Source: an uncultured Gemmatimonadales bacterium
GTDB taxonomy: Bacteria; Gemmatimonadota; Gemmatimonadetes; Gemmatimonadales; GWC2-71-9
NCBI GenBank assembly: GCA_963788625.1
Contig: CAWBHB010000001.1
Span: forward strand, 1,332,512-1,396,511
DNA length: 64,000 bases
Direction of reading: 5' to 3'
The notes under the pieces are model-generated. The model did not search any database. It was given only the letters and a program-made list of their open reading frames with translations, and had not been told where the DNA came from. Numbering within the stretch: position 1 is the stretch's first letter; each line of letters starts with the position of its first letter. The position numbers and the translations under genes were made by a program. Of this stretch, positions 35,948 through 46,504 are shown piece by piece.

Positions 35948-36403
35948 TCACCCAGCGCACTCATACTGCACCTGAACCGATGCTGCTCGCAGATTGGAGG
36001 TCACAATGTAGGCCGGCGTGCCCTTGACCCATTCCTCGAACTCCTGGATCTCCTCGGGAGACGTGCACCAGCGGTTACCGCTTTCGAGGCTCGCCAGCTT
36101 TGGGCTGGTTGGAAATCGATAGGTGAGGTGGAGCTGCCAGATGGCGTCGTCATCCTCTTCATCGGGCAGGATCACCTGGCGGGTCAAGTCGAGCTCGAAG
36201 CGCTCTCCCTCGCCCCAGTCGTAGGTGCCCCATTGGAACAGGAGCATGTCGCCGTCGCTGGTTGGGTCGCAGCCATCCACTCGGCGATCCTGGTAGAAAG
36301 CGAGCATCGCCTGGATGCCGACCGAGGGCGGCGACGAATCCAGGGCAATGCCGGCATGGCGCGCGAACTCGTGAAACGAAGCGTCCAGCGTCCGGGGATC
36401 CAC
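35948..36403 (-). CDS. Hypothetical protein (151 aa)
   Basis: The ORF has ordinary composition (…MLLFQWGTYDWGEGERFELDLTRQVILPDEEDDDAIWQLHLTYRF…). No family recognised. Confidence 0.45.
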   Translation of the reverse strand: MDPRTLDASFHEFARHAGIALDSSPPSVGIQAMLAFYQDRRVDGCDPTSDGDMLLFQWGTYDWGEGERFELDLTRQVILPDEEDDDAIWQLHLTYRFPTSPKLASLESGNRWCTSPEEIQEFEEWVKGTPAYIVTSNLRAASVQVQYECAG

Positions 36404-36536
36404 CTACGGGTCCACCTTCGGGAGCTGCGAGCGCCCGGGCGCCGCGAACCCGAGCAGGGAGGACCGGATGAAGGCCTTGATGAACCACTCCATGCCGGAT
36501 TCTAGCGGGATAGCTGGTGGTGGGCGAGAATCACCA

Positions 36537-37064
36537 CTAGGCCTTCGCCGCCTTCATTTTGGCGAGGATCGCCTGCATCGCCTCCCGATTCGGGCCGAAG
36601 AGTCCCGGGGGCGCGCCGCCTGCCAGCCGGCAGAGCAAGACAAGTTGCCCGCGATGGTGGATCAGGTGATGAAGTAGCTGCGTCCAGAGCACTTCACGGA
36701 TCGTGATCCTCCGGCCATCGAAATAGGTCACCAACTCATCAAGTTGGTCGTTGCGGAGTTTCTCGAGGCGGGCAACGGCTTCCTCGTGGATCCGGCGAAA
36801 GCCGGGCGCCAGCAGCTTGATCTCGCGCGGGCGTTTGAGGTTCGGGGGTTCGTCCTCGAGGCTGAAACGGCGCTCGGCTATCCCGAAACTCAGGCACGCG
36901 TCGATTTCGCTCAGGTGCCACGCCAGCTCTCCGATCGAGCGGCCCTCGGGATCGGGGCGGAAATCGTACTGATCGGTCGGGAGCATTTCGAGAAGTCGGA
37001 TCGTGCTTTGGGCCTCAGAGTTCCAGACGGCGCGGAAGGTGTCAATTTCGTTGAGATGGGGCAT
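36537..37064 (-). CDS. DinB-family protein
   Basis: 175 aa four-helix-bundle pattern with His triad context: ELAWHLSEI...LLHHLIHHRGQLVLLCRLAG. Confidence 0.8.
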   Translation of the reverse strand: MPHLNEIDTFRAVWNSEAQSTIRLLEMLPTDQYDFRPDPEGRSIGELAWHLSEIDACLSFGIAERRFSLEDEPPNLKRPREIKLLAPGFRRIHEEAVARLEKLRNDQLDELVTYFDGRRITIREVLWTQLLHHLIHHRGQLVLLCRLAGGAPPGLFGPNREAMQAILAKMKAAKA

Positions 37065-37092
37065 AAATACCTCCGGGCAATGTCAATCGTAG

Positions 37093-37292
37093 TCATGCGA
37101 CGACGCCTCTGGCCGCCCAGGCGCGCGCAGTCAGCCGAATCTCGCCGGCGCTGAGGATTCCGGTCCCGCTGGCATCGAGCCAAGCGCCCTCGGCAGGAGC
37201 GCCAACCTCGCGAGGAACTGTCGCGCGATGCCGCGACTCCACCGCCCGATGAATGGTTCGTACTTCGCTCCGTCGTCCCACGCCTCTACCAT
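37093..37292 (-). pseudogene. Remnant of a class I SAM-dependent methyltransferase (first ~65 codons only, frame-broken)
   Basis: Hand translation from ATG 37292 (ATGGTAG overlap with the GNAT stop) gives MVEAWDDGAKYEPFIGRWSRGIARQFLA. A second frame gives ...EGAWLDASGTGIL (motif I, WLDxGxGTG). A stop at 37093 falls ~200 codons short of a normal enzyme. Confidence 0.45.
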
Positions 37293-37903
37293 TTTGCGCC
37301 TGGGTTCGGGCGATAGAACACCCAGGTTTCCAACTCGGCGCTCACTTTCGCCGAGCCGATTTGGCGGTATCCGAAGTGCTCATACAAGCTGAGATTCGCC
37401 GGAGTTTCTGTGCTGAGAGTCACGCCAGCCGAGTCAGGATGCTCCGCGGCCAAACGGTGAATGTCATCGAGGAGGGTCCGTGCATGCCCAGAGCCGACCC
37501 CTGATGGGTGCACCCCGATCATATTGAGATGATGATGGGGGGCTGGGATGGCAAACCGGCCGCTCGCTGCCCCGAAGGCCTCATAGCGAGCCCGTTCGGC
37601 CGAGCCGAGTTCATGCCAGGTCGCCTCTCGTTGCAGTGCCAGCGCCTCGGGCGGCTCGCGGTCCCCGGGCAGGGTCACGAGGGCAACGCCGGCGAGCCGC
37701 TGCGTCGAGTCGAACGTGCCCAGGATCAAGTCCTCACGGAGGACGCGGGCCGTGACAAAGAAGCCGATGAGAGTGTGCAGCCGCCTTCGATAGTCCGCCG
37801 CGGAGCCCAGTACATAACGCATGACCGGGTATTCGGCGAAGGCCTCACACAAGAGCGCCGTCGCGAGGCTGGCCTGGGCAGCCGAGAGAATGCTGACCGT
37901 CAT
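37286..37903 (-). CDS. GNAT-family N-acetyltransferase
   Basis: ORF 37286-37945. ATG 37903 overlaps the upstream stop (ATGA). Acetyl-CoA motif region MIGVHPSGVGSGHARTLLDDI...LSLYEHFGY. Confidence 0.75.
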   Translation of the reverse strand: MTVSILSAAQASLATALLCEAFAEYPVMRYVLGSAADYRRRLHTLIGFFVTARVLREDLILGTFDSTQRLAGVALVTLPGDREPPEALALQREATWHELGSAERARYEAFGAASGRFAIPAPHHHLNMIGVHPSGVGSGHARTLLDDIHRLAAEHPDSAGVTLSTETPANLSLYEHFGYRQIGSAKVSAELETWVFYRPNPGAKW

Positions 37904-38274
37904 GGGAGGGACCGGAGAAGTTCCTTGGGCGCCTGGCACCGCCAAGCCTCTTCGAGGAGGATGCGAAGGTCCTTGGCACTCACCGCGGCAAGCCGCACGA
38001 GCACCGCCGGGAATCCCTCGTAGTGCGGCTCAGTGAAAAACTTGCCGGGCTCTGCCGAGATTAGCGCTTCCCTGGCGCCGACGTTGGCGACGCGCACGGC
38101 GAGGACGGCCGGATTGGCCACGCGCGGTTTCTTGGGATCGAGGCGTTCCAGCCAGACCCAGGCAAATCCCTTGAGCTTCCCCTTCACTCTTACTCCAAAG
38201 GCGAAGTGACCCTCTTCCTCTTCGGCCGTGGGGAGGGAGAGTGCGATCCGGCGAACGTCGGCTTGGGTGGCCAC
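37900..38274 (-). CDS. MmcQ/YjbR-family protein
   Basis: ORF 37900-38358 overlaps the upstream gene. GTG 38274 is preceded by AAGGAG at 9 nt. VATQADVRRIALSLPTAEEEEGHFAFGVRVKGKLKGFAW...HYEGFPAVLVRLAAVSAKDLRILLEEAW. Confidence 0.6.
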   Translation of the reverse strand: MATQADVRRIALSLPTAEEEEGHFAFGVRVKGKLKGFAWVWLERLDPKKPRVANPAVLAVRVANVGAREALISAEPGKFFTEPHYEGFPAVLVRLAAVSAKDLRILLEEAWRCQAPKELLRSLP

Positions 38275-38311
38275 GGCAGTCGTCTCCTTACTTGCCCCAT
38301 GCGGCGGTCTT

Positions 38312-38809
38312 CTACGATTTCGACGCCCCACCAACCCACTCAACGCCTCTATTGGCATCCTGTCGCAGTCGATCGGCCAACTGACCGGTATGGTGCTGGA
38401 TGTGTCGCAGATTGACGAATTGATGCTCCAGCTTCGGCATCCGGTACCACGAGAAACCGCTATCCGGCGCTGCGAGATCCAACCGATCCACCGCTGAGTC
38501 GACCAGGTCTCGACAGAAGTCGCAGTAGAACTGGATCTCAGCGACGGAGTAGGGAATCAGGGTCGGGGCAGCGTTGGGTATCTCCCCGAAACGATTGTGT
38601 CCCTCGCGGTGATGTTCCCAGGGCACGAAGTCGGCTTCAGCCGGCTGGAGATAGAGGTGGGTGTAGAAGAGGGTGTGGTAGGCGATCTGCCAGAACGGAT
38701 TCACATAGCGATCGCTGGTCCAGAGCTCAGGGGGACAGGCATCGACCGCCTCCCGAAGCATCGCGAGGGTCGCGTAGTACTGGCTCTTGAGGGTCGCCTG
38801 AAGGCTCAT
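38312..38809 (-). CDS. DinB-superfamily protein
   Basis: 165 aa. QIAYHTLFYTHLYL...NLRHIQHHTGQLADRLR. Confidence 0.7.
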   Translation of the reverse strand: MSLQATLKSQYYATLAMLREAVDACPPELWTSDRYVNPFWQIAYHTLFYTHLYLQPAEADFVPWEHHREGHNRFGEIPNAAPTLIPYSVAEIQFYCDFCRDLVDSAVDRLDLAAPDSGFSWYRMPKLEHQFVNLRHIQHHTGQLADRLRQDANRGVEWVGGASKS

Positions 38810-38902
38810 CGGTCAATGGAAACAAGCTGTGCGGTAAGGAGCAGCTCGTCCAGTTCAGGCGGGCGTGGAGTCTACCTCACGTCCCCCTAACGACTACCCG
38901 CC

Positions 38903-39292
38903 TCACACGTGCTGATCGACCAGAATCGGGTTCCCGTCGGGGTCGACCGCGATGAAGCTGGCGGGTCCAGTCGTGCCCTCATCGGCCTCGTTCACCAATG
39001 GTACGCCTTGCGCCTTCAGCTGCCGCTGAAGCTCGCGCACATCGGTGAACGTTGCCAGTTTCTGCGCGTTCTGGTCCCAGCCAGGATTGAAGGTCAGGAT
39101 GTTCTTCTGGAACATGCCTTGGAAGAGGCCGATGACGTGATCGCCGTTTTTCAGGATCAGCCAGTTCTTGGCATCGCCGGCGAAGCCCTTGAAACCGAAT
39201 TTCTCGTAGAAGTTCCTCGAAGCCTCGAGGTCCTTGACCGCCAAGCTGATGGAAAACGCGCCGAGATCCATGGCAGGCTCCGTGAGTTGCAA
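38903..39292 (-). CDS. VOC/glyoxalase-bleomycin-resistance family protein
   Basis: 129 aa. [22 protein letters not shown]...DHVIGLFQ...[16 protein letters not shown]. Confidence 0.8.
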   Translation of the reverse strand: MQLTEPAMDLGAFSISLAVKDLEASRNFYEKFGFKGFAGDAKNWLILKNGDHVIGLFQGMFQKNILTFNPGWDQNAQKLATFTDVRELQRQLKAQGVPLVNEADEGTTGPASFIAVDPDGNPILVDQHV

Positions 39293-39369
39293 AGCACGAT
39301 TGTGCTGTAGAGGGTTCGAACCACGAGAACCAGGCGTCCAGCTTGGGTGCTGCTTCGATCTCCTGACGG

Positions 39370-39445
39370 GCTATTCCGGTTACCACCCCAGATGGCTTGT
39401 TGGCGATATTCCCCCCTTGGGGTGGGGGCGGGTCTCGCACTTTCT
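39370..39445. repeat. ~76-bp direct repeat, copy A (internal CCACCCC...GGGGTGG hairpin)
   Basis: gctattccggttaccaccccagatggcttgttggcgatattccccccttggggtgggggcgggtctcgcactttct. Confidence 0.75.
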
Positions 39446-39536
39446 GGTGCCGGGGGAATCGGCCGACCTTCTGACGCTCCGCCTCCAGGCGCGGGCGATC
39501 CTCGCAACTCGAGTTGCTGTCGCCGACCTCCTTCGC

Positions 39537-39611
39537 GCTATGGCGGTTACCACCCCGAATGGCTTGTCGCCGATATTCCCCCCTAGGGGTGGGGTGCGGT
39601 CTCGCGCTTTT
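39537..39611. repeat. ~75-bp direct repeat, copy B
   Basis: gctatggcggttaccaccccgaatggcttgtcgccgatattcccccctaggggtggggtgcggtctcgcgcttttt. About 85 percent identical to copy A, same orientation, 167 bp apart. Confidence 0.75.
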
Positions 39612-39623
39612 TCGCCCAGCGCT

Positions 39624-39947
39624 CTACCGCTCCGGGCCCACCCTCCGCGATTCCTGTCCCTGCGCCAGCACCCGCTCGGTGAAATCCAAGCGCTCCTGCG
39701 CCTCGCCCAGCTCCCGCCGCAGGTTGTTCACTTCGATTTCGAGCGCTTCGAGCCGATCCGGGATCTCACCGTCGCCGCCGGTGCGCACGCGCAGGTGCTG
39801 GGCCCATAACCCGAACCCGAGTGCCAGTGCCGCATGAATCCCGGCGTGCAACCCTTCGCCCCCCTGGGCCGCGAAACCGGTCGCGACAAGGTTGATGGCG
39901 CTGAGCACGATGGCAATCGGACGCCATAGCGCAGGTTTGAAGGTCAT
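39624..39947 (-). CDS. Small membrane protein with C-terminal coiled-coil segment
   Basis: 107 aa. Two hydrophobic helices (WRPIAIVLSAINLVATGFAA; AGIHAALALGFGLWAQHL), then LEALEIEVNNLRRELGEAQERLDFTERVL. Confidence 0.5.
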   Translation of the reverse strand: MTFKPALWRPIAIVLSAINLVATGFAAQGGEGLHAGIHAALALGFGLWAQHLRVRTGGDGEIPDRLEALEIEVNNLRRELGEAQERLDFTERVLAQGQESRRVGPER

Positions 39948-40143
39948 GCCGAGCTCCTTTCGAGTCTTCCTGACGACCCGGAACGGCTGCGAGATTCAAT
40001 ATGAACCGTCCGTGGCCGGCCTGCTTGGCTCCAGCGGGGACAGGCCTCGCGCCGGCGGTGAGCTGAACGTCTCGGCTGCAGTTTAACTCGGGCTCGCGCC
40101 GTTGATGAAGCGGGCTAGGCCGCGATGGGCTGCGCCCGACGGG

Positions 40144-41263
40144 TCACCTCTCCGAGAGAATCTCTGCTACCCGATCGATATCTTCTTCGAGATTGTAGAA
40201 GTGCACCGCCAACCGGATCCGCCCCGCTCTCATCGAGGCCACAACACCCGCCGCGCGGAGACGGGCCATGGCGGCCTCGGCGTCTTCGACTGGCACCGAT
40301 ACGATCGTGGACCGATGCTGTTCTGGAAATGGCCGCACCTTGGCGCCGCCTGCGACCAGCGCGTCCAGCAGCCTCCGCGAGAGCGCGGCGTTGCGCTCGA
40401 GAATGGCCTGAATCCCGAACCGCTGAAACAGACCGAGCGACGCCTGCTCGGCGAGTGCGGCGAACCAGATCAGAGAAGTATCGAGCTTCGAGGCCGTGGG
40501 AGACAGGTCCATCTTCGGACCGTAGAACGCTTCAAGCGGCTTCCGAGCGGCTTTCCATCCCGGGAAGATGGGCTGGATTCTGTCGATGAGCTGGGGACGG
40601 ACATAGAGGTAGCCCATTCCTCGCGAGCCGAGGAGGAACTTGTGACTCGAGGCCGCCAGGAAATCGACCCCGTCCCGCACGACATCCAGGGGGACGGCTC
40701 CCGCCGCCTGGCAGGCATCGACGAAGAGCCAGGCTCCGGAACGCGAGCGGCGATCTGGCTCAGGGCAGCGAGATCGGAGCGGAATCCATTGGTCGAGTGG
40801 ACCGCACTGACCGCGATCAGACGGGTTCCACCGTCCGCCGCACTGGCGTAGTCATCAGGCGAAATCCCCTCGTCCGTGAACATGACCGTGCGGACTCTCG
40901 TACCCTCGCTCTCGCAGCAGGACCCAGGGAAAGTAGTTCGAGACGAACTCGTTCCCGGCGACCACGATGTTTTCGCCCTGTGTTGCCGACGGCATGTTCG
41001 CTGCCACGATGCCAGCCGCGACACTCACCGCCGGGACGATCGCGACCTCCTCGGGTTGCGCACCCACGATCTGCGCAAACATCCGCGCGGGCATCCTCGC
41101 CGGCCCGTTCGGCCTCGGCCCAGTCGAACCGGCCCGCCGACCACTGTTCCACCGCCCGCTCGTACGCCTCTCTCGCCGGCGTACATCCGACATTCATCGT
41201 GGCGGTGTTCAGGTAGATCGTGTCCTTGAGCCCCGGGAAGAGCTCGCGGATGCTCTTCAACAT
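40144..41263 (-). pseudogene. Class V aminotransferase-fold PLP enzyme (cysteine-desulfurase-like), at least 3 frame disruptions as assembled
   Basis: N-terminus MLKSIRELFPGLKDTIYLNTATMNVGCTPAREAYERAVEQW. Middle pieces FAQIVGAQPEEVAIVPAVSVAAGIVAANM and GTRLIAVSAVHSTNGFRSDLAAL. C-terminus VDFLAASSHKFLLGSRGMGYLYV (PLP Lys). All pieces are in different frames. Confidence 0.65.
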
Positions 41264-41279
41264 TCATGTCGGCTGATCC

Positions 41280-42012
41280 TCAGGTTCTCCGCGCCACGGC
41301 GAGCAGGTGAGCGCTCACGCCAAGTATCGTCGGCTCGGCCTCGAGCGCAGCGAGTGATTCGAGTAGCACCGCCCGGCGGCCCTCATCGGCGAGCCGAGCG
41401 TCCAGGTCCGGCAAAAGCCACCCGGGTCCTTCGACGCCGAGCGTCGCTTCGTGTTTCAGGCCCACTGCCGTGCACTCTTCCTTCAGCTCCTCCGGCCGAT
41501 GGAAGTACGCGGTCGTGAAGTACGCCGGGTCGCCGGTCGGATTGCGATGCACCCCGTCTCGCCGGTCGCTCGCCGCAATCGCCGCGAAGGTCGGATCCGC
41601 GAGATAACCACCCCGCAGGCCGTCCAACGTTGAAGCAAGGCGCGAAATCGCCGCCGCGAGGATCATTCCGCCCGGCCGACACACCCGTCGCGCTTCGGCG
41701 AGGGCTTGGAGCCGGTCGGCGCGCTCGGGCAGATGGTAGAGGGGGCCGAGCAGAAGCACCGCGTCCACACTCGCGTCCGGTAGTCGGAGTGCGCGCGCGT
41801 CGCCCACCTCTGCGCTGGCCAGCGTCAACTCCCGGCCGACGGCTGGTCGCGGCGCGCGCCTGCTCGATGTGCAGTGGCACGGGATCCACCAGGTGGACCT
41901 GGTATCCACGTTCTCGCGCGAGCCAGATGGCGTGACTCGCTCCGTCGATCGACTCCGCCGAACGGTTGGGTGGAGGTCGGGGAACTTGCCACCGACCGTC
42001 CCCGGAGTCCAC
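41280..42012 (-). pseudogene. Class I SAM-dependent methyltransferase, frame-disrupted as assembled
   Basis: HAIWLARERGYQVHLVDPVPLHIEQAR in one frame. ASVDAVLLLGPLYHLPERADRLQALAEARRVCRPGGMILAA... in another (junction ~41830). The 5' end is uncertain. Confidence 0.55.
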
Positions 42013-42075
42013 TTTCAGGGCAGGTAATCCGACCAGGCGCTGGTGTGGTTAACCAGCGCATGAACCAGTCAAGGC

Positions 42076-42567
42076 GTGACAGCGGGGGAGGGCACGATGT
42101 CGATTGTTACGGGAAGGAGTCTCACCTGGTGCGTCATGATCGCAGGTTCGCTCTTCACTGCGAGGTCACTGAACGCCCAGGTGCCGCTCGGGACCTGGGT
42201 CAGAAAACCCATGGATTCGGTGTCAACGATGACGATGAAGGTCGAGGCTTGCTGCGGTGGAGGTCGTCGCCTGACTTATCATATTGTTATCGGGGACACC
42301 TCCAAGGACATGATTGTCGAGTCTCCGTTCGACGGCAGTGAAGTGCCGGTCATGATCGACGGGAAGCCGAGCGGGGAGACCATGGCGATCAAGATGGTGG
42401 ACAGCCATCACGCATCGACAGTAGTAAAGATGAACGGGCAGCCCTTCGGCAAAGGGGTGTCCACGCTCTCCGCCGACGGAAAGACAATTACCGTCAACGG
42501 TGATCTCTCGACGTCAGTTGGGGGCGGATCGTTCAGCACGTACACCGAAATCTGGGTGAAGCAGTAA
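42076..42567 (+). CDS. Secreted hypothetical protein (beta-rich)
   Basis: 163 aa with signal-like SLTWCVMIAGSLFTARSLNAQ. No family recognised. The start could be Met8 (42097). Confidence 0.5.
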   Translation: MTAGEGTMSIVTGRSLTWCVMIAGSLFTARSLNAQVPLGTWVRKPMDSVSTMTMKVEACCGGGRRLTYHIVIGDTSKDMIVESPFDGSEVPVMIDGKPSGETMAIKMVDSHHASTVVKMNGQPFGKGVSTLSADGKTITVNGDLSTSVGGGSFSTYTEIWVKQ

Positions 42568-42979
42568 GAGGTTACGCCGGCTCCAGATGAGAGGTAATGT
42601 GGGCTAGCGCGTCACTCTCGCCCGAGGAATCGCCCCACTGACGACGCGCTTCTGCGGCATCTCGAAAACACGCTAGCCACATGCTCGGGTGAGCGCCGCT
42701 TCGCATTACCTCGTGATGACTGACCGGTTCGTCCAGCAGTCCGCACAAGGATGTTGTGATCCTCGACGCCGTCCTCGAATTGCTCCATGAGGAGCAAGTG
42801 CGGTCATCGCGCTCGACGATTTGGCCGGTCTTAAGTTGTGCGGTTCGTGATCACGTAGCAATCCACATTTGCCGCCGTCGCCGCATCGTGCCGATGCCTG
42901 TGCACGGCAAGAGCGGCGACTCTCGTTCCTGGCGATGCGAATCACCCGAATCGAGGTCATCGGCCCGGAGTGCTGCCGT

Positions 42980-45239
42980 TCAGGGGAACCGCAGGCTCTC
43001 GTGCAACCGCTTGAACCGCGGATCGTCTCGCAACGGATCCAGCTGGGGATCCACCTTGAGCAGCGCCATCCAGTGGGTCCGCTCCTTGTAACCCTGCTCG
43101 AGTCGATCCACCGCCTGGTCCAGCCTCTCCCAAGCCGGCCAGAACCGTCGCGATATCATAGGACGAGACGTATCGCTCCCGCTCGATCGCGTACAGCTCG
43201 TTCAAGATCTCGCGGGCCCTGGCATGCCGGCCTGACCGTCCCAGGCAATGTCCCCAGCATCGCGAGCCCTACCGAATTCCGGTTGGAGAGGTGGACTCCC
43301 TCCTCGAATTCCGCGATGGCCCGGTCGAACTCGCCGATCTGGCCCAGCGCCAGCCCCATCCACCAGTGGGCCACGGCCAGAGTGGGATCCAGCTCCAGAG
43401 CCCGGGTCGACTGCGCGATCGACTCGTCCCAGCGTCTCCCGAAGTAGTAGCCCCACGCCGACCGCGGCCATCTTGAGTCCCGACAGCGGATCCAGGGCGA
43501 CCGCCCGCTCGAATTCCGCGACGCACTCGTCCTGCCGTCCCATCACCGCCATGAAGTTCCCGTACCACTGGTGGCCGGTCGAGTATCCCGGATTCAGCTC
43601 GATCGCAGTGCGGAATTCCCGCTCCGCCTCGGCCCAGTCCCAGTCGTGATACATCGCGCAGTAGGCCAGCGTGGGATGCGGCTCGGCCAGGGTGGGATCG
43701 ATCTCGAGGGCCTTGAGTGCCGCCGCCTTCGCGGCGGGAAACGCCTCGGTCGGCGGCATCATGCAGTAGAAGCCCAGGATCGCGTACGAATCGGCGATGC
43801 CGGCGTGGGCCAGGGCGTAGTTGGGATCGCGGGCCAGCGCCTGCTGGAAGAAGTCGAGTCCCTTGCGCAGGTCGGCCTCGGTGCGGCGGTTCCAGAAATG
43901 CCGGCCCTTCAGGTAGGCGCTGTAGGCCTCGATGTCGTCGGTGGGACGCCGCACCAGGGTCCGCATCCGCGACTGCGGACGCTCAGTCGGACCTTCCCAA
44001 CAGTCTCACTCGCAGCGCATTCACGATGGCCCGGGAGATTTCGTCCTGGATCGCGAAGACGTCCTCCAGCTCCCGGTCGAAGCTGTCGGACCAGAGATGA
44101 TATCCGTTGGCCACGTCGGTGAGCTGCACCGCCACCCGGAGCCGTCGCCCGGCCCGTCGCACGCTGCCCTCGAGCACGGTCCGCACGTTGAGCTGAGTGC
44201 CGATCGACCGGATGTCCTGCTGCTTACCCTTGAAGGCGAAGGCCGAAGTCCGGGAGACGACGTGCAGGCCGTCCACCTTGGTGAGCGCGCCGATCAGCTC
44301 CTCGGTCATGCCGTCGGTGAAGAACTCGTTCTCCGGGTCCGGACTGAGGTTGAGGAAGGGCAGTACCGCGAGCGACTTGGTCGGAGATCGGCGGTCGCCT
44401 GGGCTTGGGAGCCTGCGCTCAGCGCCGCGGCGAACTCCGCCGCCGTGGTGAACCGGTCATTCGGGGCCGGGGAGAGCGCCCGGAGCGTCGCCGCCTCGAC
44501 CGCTTCGGGCACCTCCGCCACGCAGTTGCCGCAGGCCTCGGGGCGGGGTAGTGAACCGTGCCGCGATCATGCCCTGGGCGCTGCCGCCGAATGCGGTGCC
44601 TCACCGGCAAGCATCTCGTAGAGCACGCAGGCCAGGCTGTAGATGTCGCTGCGGGGATCGACCGCCTCGCCCACGGCCTGCTCCGGACTCATGTAGGCGG
44701 GAGTGCCGACTGCAAGACCGGTGACCGTGAGCTGCGTTTCGTTGTCGGAGCGGAACCCGCGCGCGATGCCGAAGTCGGCCAGGAGGGCGTGTCCTCCGGA
44801 GAGCAGGATGTTCTCCGGCTTGATGTCGCGGTGCACGATGCCGTGCTCGTGGGCGTAGGCGAGTCCGTCGGCCACCTCGCGCACGATCTTGAGCGCGGGT
44901 TCCAGCTCGCAGCCGCCGCTCACGCAGCAGTCGAGCCCGAAGACTCTCCCCATCGATGAACGGCATGGTGAACCAGAGCAGCCCTGAGGCTTCTCCGGAA
45001 TCCAGCACCGTGAGGATGTGGGGATGCTGGAGCCGAGCGGTGAGACGGATCTCCCGGAGGAACCGGTCGCTGCCGAGGCTCACGGCGAGCTCGGGATGCA
45101 GAGTCTTGAGCGCGACCGGACGGTCGTGCCGGAGATCCTGCGCGAGGTACACCGTCGCCATGCCGCCTCGACCCAGCTCGCGCTCAATGGCGTAGCGGTC
45201 GCTCAGGGCGCTCCTCAGCTGTTCGGCTTGGGCTGGCAC
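42980..45239 (-). pseudogene. Ser/Thr protein kinase with TolB-N-like module and TPR repeats (paralog of 33239-35911), several frame disruptions
   Basis: GTG 45239 gives (V)PAQAEQLRSALSDRYAIERELGRGGMATVYLAQD. HRDIKPENILL / DFGIA / GTPAYMSPEQ (ORF 44567-44953). TEELIGALTKVDGLHVVSRTSAFAFKG. TPR block ORF 43202-43966. The end ...DQAVDRLEQGYKERTHWMALLKVDPQLDPLRDDPRFKRLHESLRFP* is reached after a +1 step near 43095. Confidence 0.7.
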
Positions 45240-45358
45240 GATGAGGCTCGGTTCCGGGCGTAGAGAGGAGAACGATAGGGGCAGGATGTGCCCTATGCCA
45301 GAGATACAAAAGGTCCCGGCGGATCGGCCGGGACCTCGCATCACACCTCGTTCTCTGC

Positions 45359-46504
45359 CTATTGAACCACGATTCGCCCGCTCATTCCTCCGAAGTCGTC
45401 GGCTCACCGCGGCGACTCCCGGCGGTGCCTCCCAGGCTCCTCCGTCGAAGCGCACGTTGACCTGATGAACCCCCTCGCTCACCGGCAGCGCGATGCGCCA
45501 CCACCCGGAAGAGGCGTATTCCAGCGGAACCGGCTTCCAGTCGGTGAAGTCGGCCATCAGCTCGACCAGGTGCGCTCCGCGGCCCGGGAGACTGAACTCG
45601 ACCGCGCTCGGGTTGAGTCGCTCGATGCGGAAGCCGGCTGACACCTTCGCGGGCGCTGGAACCGGAATCCGCGGCGGTTGGGCGGTAAGGTTGGCCCGGA
45701 TCGAGAGCAGCAGGAAGCGCCCGCCTGTCATCCCCAGAGTCAGATCGGTGGGGCGATCGCCTGCGGCGCCTACCAGGGCGAATCGGGGAGAGATCCACCA
45801 GGCAGCTTCCGATTCCCACCACAAGTCCGCCGGCCGTGCGACATTGCCGTGACTACCGCCGCCCATCCCCAGTTGGAAAGGACCGCGGGCCCATCGGACC
45901 CATGCCGAGAGATCAGTTCGCCCTTTGCTCTGATTGACCAGGACCGTATCGCGGGTGAGCGTATCGGTGCCGACGCTCGTTTTGAATTCCTGAGCTTGGA
46001 TCATCGTCTGTCCCGCCTGAAGCTGCAGGCTGAACGGGGCCCAGATCTCCCCAGTATCCCGCTTCGATCCGCCAGGTCGGGACTGCCGGGTTCGCTGCCG
46101 CGCGCTCCGCCCAGCCAGAGTCCCTGCAGTCCGCTCAGGTAATGGAGCTTGGCGCCGGCCAACCAGGCGCCCTCGGACACGTGGGGTCCGGTTTGTCCTG
46201 TGGCGTTCCCGAAGGCCTCGGCCATGAACCGGCTCCCCAGCCGGCCAAAGAGCGAGGCATTGGCGCGTCCTGCCGTCCCCTCACGCTCGTCTCCAAATCC
46301 GGTGTAAGCGCCCTCAGCCTCCAGCCGGAACAGGGAACTCGACCAGGCGAAGCTCGGTGCCAACGACGCGATCGCGCCTGGATTGCCCTGATACTGGATT
46401 CCGCCGAGTCCAGTCTCGACTGACGCCTGCACCTGTGCCTGAGCCGGCGACCACTCCAGGATCAGAGCGCCTCCAATCAGCCACAGCGCGCGACCGGATC
46501 TCAT
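45359..46504 (-). pseudogene. Secreted protein with C-terminal CBM48/AMPK-beta glycogen-binding-like domain, ~3 frame disruptions
   Basis: Signal MRSGRALWLIGGALILEWSPAQAQ. Two +1 steps near 46060-46040. C-terminal VELMADFTDWKPVPLEYASSGWWRIALPVSEGVHQVNVRFDGGAWEAPPG. The natural end DDFGGMSGRIVVQ* appears after a +1 step near 45410. As assembled, the frame reads through into the kinase gene. Confidence 0.5.

Noticed and set aside
36537-39292. The run of DinB, GNAT, YjbR, DinB and VOC genes as a dedicated toxin-resistance or defence island.
   Set aside because: These are common, individually ubiquitous small stress or detoxification folds in soil bacteria. There are no nuclease, ATPase, toxin-antitoxin or mobility signatures, and no flanking repeats apart from the 39.4-kb direct repeats. 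Nothing beyond ordinary accessory metabolism can be supported.
42568-42979. Short ORFs 42612-42797(-), 42706-42960(-) and 42756-43091(+) between the secreted protein gene and the kinase 3' end.
   Set aside because: I translated all three minus frames by hand. No frame gives a recognisable domain, signal or sensible composition over more than ~30 codons. This is possibly a heavily degraded gene, but nothing can be supported.
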